Below, piece by piece: positions 22,895 through 32,455 of a stretch of 41,934 nucleotides of DNA. The stretch is from a virus. The stretch lies in the IMG/VR virus record IMGVR_UViG_3300037483_000173. One strand, given 5' to 3'. Numbering within the stretch: position 1 is the first letter of the stretch; every line of letters begins with the position of its first letter. Under the pieces are notes generated by a model, which searched no databases, had not been told where the DNA came from, and saw only the letters and a program-made list of their open reading frames with translations. The translations under genes were made by a program, and so were the position numbers.

Positions 22895-25030
22895 CTATGT
22901 TTGCGCCCCAACCACTGTCCCATCCGTATCGCTGGTTGGTGCAGTTGCTTTAATACGAAAAACGCCGGTACTGTCTACCCAAAAATGATACGACCCGATC
23001 ATAAGGTGCTCTCCATCCCACGCGCTACTGGTAACTTGGAATATACCATCTGCATCTCTAATTTTAGCCGCTGTGACGTTATTACTGCTCCTGAGAAGTA
23101 AATCAGTCCCCGCCACAGCTTTTAGCCTGTTTGTAGTTACAGGACTCCCGGCTTGAACGGCGACACCACAGTTCACTTTCAGAACTGATGCTGTAATATC
23201 AATGGCATTTGATGAACCTACATTCAAATCTTGTTTAAAAACACCTGCCCCAGATATTTCCGCGCCAGATGTTTCATATAATCCACCTGAAATATAGGCA
23301 GTACCAGCGTTTGACACCAGCCCCTCTTGCTGACCCCCGCCTTTAATATTCCCAACTATGACCAATGAGCCAGAATCTACCTTTATCCCCTCTCTTCCGC
23401 TTGTGCTTGTGCCTCCAGCATAATGAGGATTAATATCAACCATCTCGAACTGAGCAAAACTAACATCGCCCCCTGTTGTGCTAGACCTGATGTGAAATGC
23501 TGGAGACTCAAAACCGCACGCTGTTACAGTGCTATTATTCACCTTTAACCTATCAACGCCTCCACAATCGATTATCTTTGAGGATTTTTGTGCGGTTGTG
23601 AAGGTGTAAGGGCTTCCGTCCTTTGCAGGGACTATGCCGTGAAACATGCAGTTATCGAAGTTTATTGCTTTTATGGTCTCGAGGTTTGTGGTTGTGTTTA
23701 TCTTATCAAACGAAAAGTGGTCTCCAAGCGCATAGATTGAAAACACATTTTCAAAATAAATATTGTTACTTGACCTATCAGAATCCCCATCGATAAGAAT
23801 TCTGAACTGGGGGTTTCCACTGTCTGCATCGCCGCAATATCTTGTCCATACGTTTCTGAATGTCCCTTCCCGCAATGAATCAGACGCTTTAAGCACTCCG
23901 TTTTTAATAGCAACAAACGAGCAGTTCTCGACAAGAAGATTGTCAAGCATAGATGTTACGAGTGCGGTTGCGGATATCGTGCGCTCCTGCCCGTCAAAAG
24001 AAATACCAGAGAATGACACGCCATATAGGCGACCTTCCCTATCCTTTACTGTATCGGCTGAGATATCGAAAATAGAAGTGGATGCGGGCGCTACAATGAG
24101 CTTCGTGGTGTAGTCCATATAATCGTGGTCTACCTCAGATGAAACAGTTTCTCCAACAATCTTGATTGGGGTATTTACAGCTATATCCCCAAAAACCCAC
24201 TGCCCTCCTGGAAAATGCAGATAATTAGACGCATTGACGGCAGCCTGTACTTCTGAACTACTGTCAGTCACACCATCACTAACAGCCCCAAACCACCGGA
24301 CATTAACCGCTCCACCATATTCCGCCACCCACGCACTACTCCCATCCCCGCCAACAGGAACAGCAACGGTGCCGCCATTCTCGGTGTAGGTGCCGGAAGC
24401 TGCGCCAGTGACGCCACGAAATACCAGTGCGCCGCCGTCACCTTCGGTGGTGTGTGCTTTGCGGTAGATTCGCGAGCCATTTACTATGGTTGTGGCGCGC
24501 AGTTCGGCGTGTGTTTTCACGGACCGGATGGCGGATTCCAATGGCACGCCCGAGTAGGTGCCCTCCGAGACCACGATAAGGCCTTCAGAGTCGAAAGCCA
24601 GATACTTAGACGCCCTATCCGCCAATTCCGGGAGCACGATGTCCGTGGCGGTATCGGTGTCCGATAGCCGCACCACGCGGTCTGTTCGGTCGGCCAATCG
24701 CTGGGCGATCATAGTCAGTTTATCGAATGCCTGCTCGCGGGTCTCGGCTGGATTGCTGTCGTTCTCCACCAGGTCGAGCAGTTGGGTTAGCGCCGGATCT
24801 CGAATGATTACGACATTACCGGTGCCCGTGGAGGGTGGCGTGACGAACGTTACTGTGCCGCCGCCTGCGACACCGGCACCGGCTACCGTGTAGTGCGTGG
24901 TGATGGTCTGCAACGTGCCATCCACATACACGGCCAGGTCGGCATCTACTAGGAAGTACGGCGTGGCGAACTCATCGGTCGTGCCGTTGCCGTTGTAGGT
25001 CTTGCGGGTTTCAACTGTACTTACGGTCAT
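22895..25030 (-). CDS. Tailspike or tail fiber with a pectate-lyase-like beta-helix (putative depolymerase)
   Basis: 711 aa. The conserved N-terminal adaptor begins TYNGNGTTDEFATPYF. VNVRWFGAVSDGVTDSSSEVQAAVNA resembles the start of a pectate-lyase-superfamily domain. Confidence 0.75.
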   Translation of the reverse strand: MTVSTVETRKTYNGNGTTDEFATPYFLVDADLAVYVDGTLQTITTHYTVAGAGVAGGGTVTFVTPPSTGTGNVVIIRDPALTQLLDLVENDSNPAETREQAFDKLTMIAQRLADRTDRVVRLSDTDTATDIVLPELADRASKYLAFDSEGLIVVSEGTYSGVPLESAIRSVKTHAELRATTIVNGSRIYRKAHTTEGDGGALVFRGVTGAASGTYTENGGTVAVPVGGDGSSAWVAEYGGAVNVRWFGAVSDGVTDSSSEVQAAVNASNYLHFPGGQWVFGDIAVNTPIKIVGETVSSEVDHDYMDYTTKLIVAPASTSIFDISADTVKDREGRLYGVSFSGISFDGQERTISATALVTSMLDNLLVENCSFVAIKNGVLKASDSLREGTFRNVWTRYCGDADSGNPQFRILIDGDSDRSSNNIYFENVFSIYALGDHFSFDKINTTTNLETIKAINFDNCMFHGIVPAKDGSPYTFTTAQKSSKIIDCGGVDRLKVNNSTVTACGFESPAFHIRSSTTGGDVSFAQFEMVDINPHYAGGTSTSGREGIKVDSGSLVIVGNIKGGGQQEGLVSNAGTAYISGGLYETSGAEISGAGVFKQDLNVGSSNAIDITASVLKVNCGVAVQAGSPVTTNRLKAVAGTDLLLRSSNNVTAAKIRDADGIFQVTSSAWDGEHLMIGSYHFWVDSTGVFRIKATAPTSDTDGTVVGAQT

Positions 25031-25042
25031 ACGACACCTCGA

Positions 25043-27541
25043 TTATTGATTCATGGCAGAGGTGGGCGGCAGCCACCACGCTACGTTCCTATCACGTTCC
25101 ACCTGCCGCTGATAGCGACGGAGGTATCCCGGATTGACTTGTTCCTGCAGTGCATGGAGGAACATGTGGTCCATCGCCAGCCGTGCGCCGAACAGGTTGT
25201 TGTACGGTACGAGCCCGATACCCAGCTTCAGTGCCTTGGCGCTTGGGTCTTCGCCCTTGGCTGCGGCGGCCATTACGCCGAACGCCTGGGACGCTTTGCC
25301 GAAGGCGGGGCCAGCCAGTGTAGCCAAGGGGTCGGTCCCGGTACGGGATAGTGTACCAAACAAGAAGTCCCCGTACAGGCCCGCGCCACCGCCCTGCATG
25401 AACGCCCCGCCAATCATCTGCGCCACATCCCACGCATCTTCCGGCTCTTTCGGCTTTTCCCCCCGGCCATATTGCTTGGCCGTCATCGAGACGAAACCCA
25501 GCGCCGTGGTGGCCGCCAGCATGTGGGCCAGCCCCATCTTATCTACCTGCCCCGCACGATGCAGCTCGCGGTTCCAGTGCTTGGTAATAAAGGTCAGAGG
25601 GAATTGTTTGAACTGCATGAACAGCGCCATCAGTTCCCCGGCCACGGTGCCGCGCTCCAGCCCGAAGCGGAGCATGGCCCGCTCCTTGGCCCCCCCGAAG
25701 GTCAGCGCCTCGCGCACTTGGTCGGAGTAGTAGGTGCCCAGCTTGGTGGCGAGGTCTTCACGGGCACGGGCTATCTGGCCTGCGGTAGCCTCCGTCTTGC
25801 CCATGTAATCCAGCACCGCGGCATCGGGCAGTTCCCGCACCAGCTCCGGCATGAGCATGGGTGCGCCATCGGCATCGAATATCTCCGACTGGCGCAGCAC
25901 GTTCCACTCGCGTTCAGTAATGCCGTATCGCTTCAGCGTGGTTTGCAGCAGCGGGGACATTTCAGCGAAGCTCTTGCCCGAGGTGGCCAGGTCACCAAGG
26001 TTACCGGCCAGGGTGATGCCGGTGGCCCGCGCCCAGCCATCCGTCCACGCGGTCAGCAGGGTGATCTTGAAGAAGCGGTTGTTGGCCTTGACCATAACAC
26101 CGTGGGCGCTGTCCGTAGCGTGGAATCGCTGGAACACGCCGCCGATGAAGCCGGTGGTCCCGGCATTCAGCAGTCGGGCCGCCTTGGCCTTATCTGCGGG
26201 GTTCTGCAGCGCGGAGAACACCCGGCCGGTGGTCTCCCCCCATGTTTCGGGTAGTGAGACCCCGTTATGGCGAAGCACGGCTGCCCGGATACCTATGTCC
26301 GGGAATGCAGACCAGGTAACCCCGCCCAGCGTGGCCATGTTCAGTGCAGACCGGACGGACCCGAACCACATGGCCAGCGTTGGGTTGCCACGCACCTGGA
26401 TGCCCCCACCTATCTCATCGAACTCGGCACGGACTTTACGGCCCTCCGTAAGCTCTCGAGCCGTATCCACGTCGCCCCGGGCTTTGGCCCGCTGGGTGAG
26501 CCGTTTCAGGTCGGCATTGAACGCCGCTTCCGGGTTCGGCCCGTAGACCCGCATCAGTGCGGTATTACGAGCGGCATATTCCAGTCCGTCCAGCACCGAC
26601 TCGAACAGGGACTTTTTACCAAATTCGTTGTTGTATTCCAGCCATGCGTTGGGGTCTTTGAAGTGCAGCACGCGCTCGGCACTGGCCCGCTTGGCCAGGC
26701 TCCCCGGACCGGTGAAGCCGCCGAGCCAGTCCGAAGACCCATTGGCTTTCTCATGGACTCCGCTGGCGAGATCGAACCATACGTTGTCCAGGAATTCATC
26801 CACGTTCTTCACGCCATCGAATGTCTGGTCGTGTAGCAGCGGGCGGACTTTCTCTTTCCAGGTCTCTTTCCCGGCGCGGTAGATGGAGATTTGATCGTGC
26901 GCCTGCCGGCTGATATACCCCTTCAGCTTGCGGATGGCAGCGCCAGACTGGTTCTGGAGATGGCGCCCGCGCTCGGTATACCGGTTGAATATCTCCGCCA
27001 TCTTGGCCGCGTGCTTGTCCCCGGTCGGTTTAATGCCGGTGTCGCCGTTCAGGCGGGCCATCTCATTGGCCACTTTCGCCTCGAATTCCTTATTCTTCAG
27101 CAGGGCCACGTCGCCAAGCCCCGCTTCGTCCAGCTCCTGCAGCATAGGGCCGATGAGCACCGAGTCCTTAATGCCGTGCATCTGGGCATCGACACTCAGG
27201 CCCGCGCCTTCTATGTTGCCCTCCATGCCCACGTTACGGGCGCGGATCACAAAGTCCTCCTTGGCCCCGCCGGCGAACATGGCCTGCTCCTGCTTGAGCC
27301 GTTGCTGCAGGGCGTACACGCGGAAGGCCCGTTGCCGCTTGGCCTGCAGCGTGGCGAGTTTCTTCTCCAGCGCCAGGGCAGCCCCGGCCTTCTGGAGGGC
27401 ATCGCCCCGTGCCAGTGCCGGGTCCTCACGTTGCAGGCGGGTGGCTTTGATATCCAGTAGGTCAAGGATTTCTTCGAGTTGGCGGTCGGTGAGGTCTTCA
27501 CCTACCAGCTTCGCCGCATTGAGGCAGTCTTGATTCGCCAT
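25043..27541 (-). CDS. Large internal virion / ejection protein (putative, assigned by position)
   Basis: 832-aa ORF in the gp15/gp16-equivalent position. I recognise no catalytic motif. Confidence 0.5.
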   Translation of the reverse strand: MANQDCLNAAKLVGEDLTDRQLEEILDLLDIKATRLQREDPALARGDALQKAGAALALEKKLATLQAKRQRAFRVYALQQRLKQEQAMFAGGAKEDFVIRARNVGMEGNIEGAGLSVDAQMHGIKDSVLIGPMLQELDEAGLGDVALLKNKEFEAKVANEMARLNGDTGIKPTGDKHAAKMAEIFNRYTERGRHLQNQSGAAIRKLKGYISRQAHDQISIYRAGKETWKEKVRPLLHDQTFDGVKNVDEFLDNVWFDLASGVHEKANGSSDWLGGFTGPGSLAKRASAERVLHFKDPNAWLEYNNEFGKKSLFESVLDGLEYAARNTALMRVYGPNPEAAFNADLKRLTQRAKARGDVDTARELTEGRKVRAEFDEIGGGIQVRGNPTLAMWFGSVRSALNMATLGGVTWSAFPDIGIRAAVLRHNGVSLPETWGETTGRVFSALQNPADKAKAARLLNAGTTGFIGGVFQRFHATDSAHGVMVKANNRFFKITLLTAWTDGWARATGITLAGNLGDLATSGKSFAEMSPLLQTTLKRYGITEREWNVLRQSEIFDADGAPMLMPELVRELPDAAVLDYMGKTEATAGQIARAREDLATKLGTYYSDQVREALTFGGAKERAMLRFGLERGTVAGELMALFMQFKQFPLTFITKHWNRELHRAGQVDKMGLAHMLAATTALGFVSMTAKQYGRGEKPKEPEDAWDVAQMIGGAFMQGGGAGLYGDFLFGTLSRTGTDPLATLAGPAFGKASQAFGVMAAAAKGEDPSAKALKLGIGLVPYNNLFGARLAMDHMFLHALQEQVNPGYLRRYQRQVERDRNVAWWLPPTSAMNQ

Positions 27542-27543
27542 CG

Positions 27544-29445
27544 CTATCTCCCGGTCAGGCAGTTGGCCGCCTGTTTGACAGCGTTCTCATAGGCCACCTG
27601 CTCCGCCTCCATGGCTTCGATATCTTTGGCGGTGGGGGTGCCTTCTTCCGGTTCGGCATCGAAGGTGGCGATATCCTCGTCCGACAATCTGGAATCGATA
27701 TCCGCCAGGTCTTCTTCGGCCGCACGTATCTCGGCATCCAAATCCTTCGGGGCGCCCGGCTCCATCTTCGCCGCTTCCGCCGCTGAGTCCATCCCAGCGC
27801 GGATCTCCGGGGCTACATAGGGCTCGGCTTGCTGCTTGGCCCAGTCGGCTCCGGTTTTTGCGGTTGCACTGTTCGGCCTCGTATTTCCTGCAGCCTGGCC
27901 TCCAGAGCCAGTGATAGTGCCGTCGGATTGTTCTCCAAATGCTGCAGCCCTAGACGCTTCAACCTCTCGTGCGATGACATCGGCTGTCCTCAATTTCTTC
28001 TGTTCAACGACCGTATCGGCTTCGGATATGATGTCCGATAGGCTCCGGTCTGCATCAATGCGGGATACCCCCCACCCCCAACGGGTCCCGGGGGGTTTCT
28101 TCCCAGGTTCTTTAGCATGGGGCAGGTCCTGTATGCCATACCGGGCTTCCATATCGGCGGTCTTACGCGGCAAAGAAGATAGCGCCCGTTCCACGGCATC
28201 AGGCCCAGCACCTACGATTATAGCACTAACTTCATCCCCGCCATGGCGGATGGGAACGACCATGCCCCCGGACTCCTGCAGCGCGGACTCAAACATCTGG
28301 GCCATCTCGCGGTATAGCTTGTTTGCCCCGGAGTTACCAAAGCGGGCGTTTAAGCCGCCGAGATTGGCAATGTCCGCCTCCACGTATACGGATGGTTGCC
28401 CGGTGGCGCGGGTATGTTCTTGCGCTCGTTCAATGGTCGGGATGCGGTCTTCAGCGCGATAGAATCCGGTTACGGGGTCCCGCACATCCGCCGGCAACAA
28501 CGCCTTGGTCTGCTCCTGGGTGAGCCCGACCTCTTGCGCCTTGTCCATGAATTGCTGCTCACGCATCTCGTGGGGACGTAAGAAGCCACGCTTGCGCTCC
28601 AGGTCCTGGATGGCCTCTTCCACCACGGGCGCGATATCCACCGGGCGCCCTTCTTCGATCTGCTGCGCCGCGGATCCGATAACCGCGGCTCTGTGCTCCG
28701 CCGGCATCTCCTCGAAAGTCTGCTGGATTGGTGGCGCCACGGCGCGGCCGGCAAAGCGGTCTCCGATATACCCAGCGCCCAGATGCAATCCGCCCCCGAT
28801 CACAGAGCCGAAGGTGATGTTCATCAGGCTATCCGCCGCCGTATAGTCCGCGGATTCCCATTCTGCCCCGGCCAAGACCAGAGGCTCCAGGGCTGCGGCG
28901 CCAACGGCCCCCTCGACAGCGCCCGTGACAAGCCGGGACACCGCCGGTCCCGCTCCGGCGGCCAGCCGTATCTCGCCAAGCCCGACGAACATGGACCCGA
29001 GGTAGAGCGGATCGCGCAGGGTGGTTACCAGTCCAGCGAGTAGATCGGCGCCAATTCCCGCCGATGACCGCCGGCGAATATCCTGGCGGATCAACTCCTC
29101 CATATTCAGCCGGTGCAACTGCTCGGCCACCGGTTCCGGGGTATCGGCGTCGAAAGTCAGTTTCCCTTCGATACCGTATCTCTCATTGGCTTCTTGCGCG
29201 GTGAGGATCGTAGATGGCACCGCCGGCGCCGAAACGACCCAGTTTCCCTCGGCGTCGAAGTCTCCGTATCCTTCATACTGCTGGCGTTCGTGCCGATTGG
29301 CGAGAGTACGGGTCGGTGTCCGGGCCAACTGGTCCTCGAAGGAGGCGTCGTATCCTTCCCCCCAAGAGGCGGGCAGCACGTCGAGCCCCAGGGCATCCGC
29401 CCGGCGATTGCGATCATAATTGACTACGAAATCACTCATCGGCAC
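27544..29445 (-). CDS. Internal virion-module protein containing a GGDEF (diguanylate-cyclase fold) domain
   Basis: 633 aa. Residues ~322-484 read DPVTGFYR..VYVEADIANLGGLNARFGNSGANKLYREMA..IRHGGDEVSAII..GWGVSRI..SEADTVVEQKK. This is collinear with canonical GGDEF domains. Confidence 0.75.
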   Translation of the reverse strand: MPMSDFVVNYDRNRRADALGLDVLPASWGEGYDASFEDQLARTPTRTLANRHERQQYEGYGDFDAEGNWVVSAPAVPSTILTAQEANERYGIEGKLTFDADTPEPVAEQLHRLNMEELIRQDIRRRSSAGIGADLLAGLVTTLRDPLYLGSMFVGLGEIRLAAGAGPAVSRLVTGAVEGAVGAAALEPLVLAGAEWESADYTAADSLMNITFGSVIGGGLHLGAGYIGDRFAGRAVAPPIQQTFEEMPAEHRAAVIGSAAQQIEEGRPVDIAPVVEEAIQDLERKRGFLRPHEMREQQFMDKAQEVGLTQEQTKALLPADVRDPVTGFYRAEDRIPTIERAQEHTRATGQPSVYVEADIANLGGLNARFGNSGANKLYREMAQMFESALQESGGMVVPIRHGGDEVSAIIVGAGPDAVERALSSLPRKTADMEARYGIQDLPHAKEPGKKPPGTRWGWGVSRIDADRSLSDIISEADTVVEQKKLRTADVIAREVEASRAAAFGEQSDGTITGSGGQAAGNTRPNSATAKTGADWAKQQAEPYVAPEIRAGMDSAAEAAKMEPGAPKDLDAEIRAAEEDLADIDSRLSDEDIATFDAEPEEGTPTAKDIEAMEAEQVAYENAVKQAANCLTGR

Positions 29446-31564
29446 GATACCCCGTGGCCGGGAACGGGGTGCCGAGCCCCTGCAATTTGGATGGCGGATT
29501 CTTACGGATAGCGGCGAACTTCACTTCCCATTGCCTGCCGTCGGCCAGTAGCACAGGAGCGTAGGTGCCCGCCGCATCGGGAGCCATGCGTATAAGGCCA
29601 TCTCCCATTTGATTGTTGACCCAGAATCCTTGATTTACCGCGTTCTCGTATGCCGCCCGCTGGAGGTATCCATCGCGCTGCGATCCGGCGATGCGCGGGT
29701 CCATCATGCGCCCCGGGGATACCGGCATGAACATGTCCGGCCTTGCGACGGATACTTCGACGTCGGTAGCCCGTTCGACCATCCCCAACTCCCCTTTCGG
29801 AGCGCGGTACGTCTCGCCGAAGTCGTAGCGGTTCCCGAGATTGCGGTTAAACGCCTCTTGCGCGGCTTCGTTTGCCGAATATCCGCCCTGTAGATACAGC
29901 CCGTAAGCCGCGATAGACATGGCCTCGCGTTCCCGGCGAAGGATGGCTTGGCCCTCCCGTCCTGCATGCTGGATCGTCCGCCCGAATTCGCGCATGCGGT
30001 CGTCTATCTTGGAATCGATATCAGTGGCGGGCAGATTGCCTACATTGGTGCGCAGCGTCTGGCGGCCTTCCTGCATCCAACCGGCCAGCTGCTTGCGCCA
30101 CCCGGCATCTTCCTTGGTGTTCAAGCGGCCCAACACTAGCAAGCTCGGGGCCACCTTGGCATCCTCCAGTTCGCGCATGGCCAGCGGCCAGTCGGCGCCA
30201 TAGCGTTGCTGCAGTTGCTCCAGCTGATCGGCAGCCTGTTCGGCGCCAAGGCCGTTTAGGGACTGGGCTATCCGCGTAGCCGCCCCGGAGCCCATGACTT
30301 CCACCGCCCAGGCCGGGGTGCCCATGTCCGTCTGGAATTGCTTGAGCATGGACATGCCTTCCCGCAATCCATCCTCATCGCCGTTCGCCTCGGCTTTCCG
30401 CATCATCGCCGCGATGCCCGGATTCGCTCGATAGGTGTAGGCCACCTTGTCACGGCCATATTCCGTCCACTTCTCCTGTACCGCCCGCTCCAGTTCAGCT
30501 AAATTCTGCGCTTTGTACGCGGCCCCCAGCCCGGATACGGACTCCCGTGCCTGCTGCAGTGTTGCCCTGTCCGACACCAGCGAAGTGCTCGCCAGGCTCT
30601 GCTTGGTGGTGTAGAGCCGCTTGGCTTCTTCGACCTGCTGGATATCCCGCTCGGCCAGCTTGGCGTCCCCCTTACGGACTTCCAATGCGCGTTGCAGAGT
30701 GATCAGCCCGGAGTCTGCTTCCGGGCCATTCACGGCGATGGCGGCCAGTGTATCCGCAAAATCTTTCCCGTACAGCGCGGTGGACTCCACCTCCAGCGAC
30801 TTCTTGCGGTTCTCCAGGCGTGTCAACGCCGCATCGAACACCGATGGCTTCACCCGGTCACGAAAGCCGAATGCCCCGCCTTTAAGCGCCTTCACGGCGG
30901 CATCCACCTGCTCAATGGGCATGGGGGTCAATTCATACTGTGTCACCCAACCATCCAGGGCGCCGGCCAGTACCTGCCGTTCGCCTTCATCCCGGAACTT
31001 GGCCCGGGTCTGGTCGTCCGGCAGCGGGGCCATTTCAGCGAATTCCTGAAACCGCTGCAGGGTAGCGTCCATCTCGGCGGGATTGGCCCGGGCATAGTTG
31101 GTCATGCCATCGAGGGCTTCTCCGGCTCGGCGGGTATCCAGCGCCGCACGGGAGGCAGCCTGGAATTGCGCGGCATTTTGCAGGATGCGGCTGCGCATCT
31201 GCTCGGTGCGCATCTGGATGCGCCGCTGGGCTTCGTGGGTAGCGGGGGCGCGATTTAGCGCCTGAGGCACCCAGTTATCGAACTGCTCCTGCACGGCATC
31301 CGTGAAGCCGTCTGCACCTTCCGGCGCCTGCTGCTTGGCCTGCTCGAACGCCTCGAGTACCTGCTTCTCGTTCTCGATGGATTGAAGCTCGGCCTCGAAC
31401 ATCTCGCGCTTGCGGTGCACGTCGAAGGCTACGCCCGCAGCTTCGGTTACCGCGCCCCCTAGCCGCTGCACCCCAGCGCCGGCGGCCTCCGCGGACATGC
31501 GCGGCTGCTGCTGCTGCGGGCCGACTGGCCGAGTCTGGTATCCAATATCCGGGATGCGTGGCAT
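29432..31564 (-). CDS. Internal virion / ejection protein (putative, assigned by position)
   Basis: 710-aa ORF that is coiled-coil rich and lies in the structural block. Confidence 0.5.
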   Translation of the reverse strand: MPRIPDIGYQTRPVGPQQQQPRMSAEAAGAGVQRLGGAVTEAAGVAFDVHRKREMFEAELQSIENEKQVLEAFEQAKQQAPEGADGFTDAVQEQFDNWVPQALNRAPATHEAQRRIQMRTEQMRSRILQNAAQFQAASRAALDTRRAGEALDGMTNYARANPAEMDATLQRFQEFAEMAPLPDDQTRAKFRDEGERQVLAGALDGWVTQYELTPMPIEQVDAAVKALKGGAFGFRDRVKPSVFDAALTRLENRKKSLEVESTALYGKDFADTLAAIAVNGPEADSGLITLQRALEVRKGDAKLAERDIQQVEEAKRLYTTKQSLASTSLVSDRATLQQARESVSGLGAAYKAQNLAELERAVQEKWTEYGRDKVAYTYRANPGIAAMMRKAEANGDEDGLREGMSMLKQFQTDMGTPAWAVEVMGSGAATRIAQSLNGLGAEQAADQLEQLQQRYGADWPLAMRELEDAKVAPSLLVLGRLNTKEDAGWRKQLAGWMQEGRQTLRTNVGNLPATDIDSKIDDRMREFGRTIQHAGREGQAILRREREAMSIAAYGLYLQGGYSANEAAQEAFNRNLGNRYDFGETYRAPKGELGMVERATDVEVSVARPDMFMPVSPGRMMDPRIAGSQRDGYLQRAAYENAVNQGFWVNNQMGDGLIRMAPDAAGTYAPVLLADGRQWEVKFAAIRKNPPSKLQGLGTPFPATGYRADE

Positions 31565-31565
31565 A

Positions 31566-32027
31566 TCAGGTTCGTCTCATCTGGTAATAGCTCGACCCGC
31601 CGCGTAGCAATTCCGCCGCGGCGGATAACTGCCCGGCTTGCTGTCCGGCACGGCCCTGCATACGCGAAAGCTGTGCTTCCTGCCGATACGCAGCTTCGGA
31701 GGCACGCCCACCCTGGCGGATGGTCAGCGCATCCAGTTCGGAGACCCGCATGCTTTCCTCCAATACGTCCATGGGGGAGCCTTCCAAGGTGACACCGGAG
31801 GCGGAATAGGCCGCCCGCATGGCCCCGAGGCGCTTGGTGGACTCGACTCGAAATCGCCGTTCTTCTTCGGCCGCTTGCTGCCGGGCGAGGATGGCGTTCT
31901 GTTCGGCGATCTGCGCGTTGTAGTCGCCGGCGGCTTCGGCGGCGTTGCCCTGCTGTATCGCGCCCATCGCCTGCATCACGCCGCCTGCAGCCGCAAGGTA
32001 GGGCAATAAGGGTGCCATGAAGGCCAT
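31566..32027 (-). CDS. Small internal virion protein (gp14-like by position)
   Basis: 153 aa with a hydrophobic N-terminus (MAFMAPLLPYLAAAGGVMQAMGAI). Confidence 0.5.
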   Translation of the reverse strand: MAFMAPLLPYLAAAGGVMQAMGAIQQGNAAEAAGDYNAQIAEQNAILARQQAAEEERRFRVESTKRLGAMRAAYSASGVTLEGSPMDVLEESMRVSELDALTIRQGGRASEAAYRQEAQLSRMQGRAGQQAGQLSAAAELLRGGSSYYQMRRT

Positions 32028-32455
32028 CAGCCGAGCCTCGCGTACAGGGAGTAGTCCCGCCCATCAGCGCCATATTGGCGCATACATGGGGCCTCCATGC
32101 GGAAACCGAGCGCCCGAAGCCAACGATGCCCCGCCCCGAAACCAGCGCCCACTACCGCCTCCACCCGGCGGAACAATCCGGCGTCCAGGATGCGGCGGGC
32201 GGCATTATGCAGCGCGAGAAAATCCCGGCGGCTAGTGGCGTCCAGTACCGCCCATGCCTCCGCCCGGCCGGGCCAGTATTCGACAAGTCCGCCACAAGCC
32301 ACCACCCGCCCGCCAACAGTGGCGGTATAACTGTGTGGTAGCGTGGCCAGTGTACGCAGCATCTCCGGGGTCAGTAGCGGCCGCAGATGCGCGGTAGCCT
32401 CCTGTTCCTGGATGCGGTCCAGATGCTCCGGCTGGAATGGTATCAAGTCGATCAT
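32027..32455 (-). CDS. GNAT-family acetyltransferase inside the structural module
   Basis: I place the start at ATG 32455, overlapping the upstream TGA (ATGA). 142 aa with a GNAT-like core. Confidence 0.6.
   Translation of the reverse strand: MIDLIPFQPEHLDRIQEQEATAHLRPLLTPEMLRTLATLPHSYTATVGGRVVACGGLVEYWPGRAEAWAVLDATSRRDFLALHNAARRILDAGLFRRVEAVVGAGFGAGHRWLRALGFRMEAPCMRQYGADGRDYSLYARLG

Noticed and set aside
22895-25030. Diversity-generating retroelement (template/variable repeat pair with a reverse transcriptase) near the receptor-binding gene, considered because some head genes recall BPP-1-like phages
   Set aside because: No ORF in the window has reverse-transcriptase motifs. I saw no duplicated ~100-bp segment matching the 3' end of the tailspike gene.
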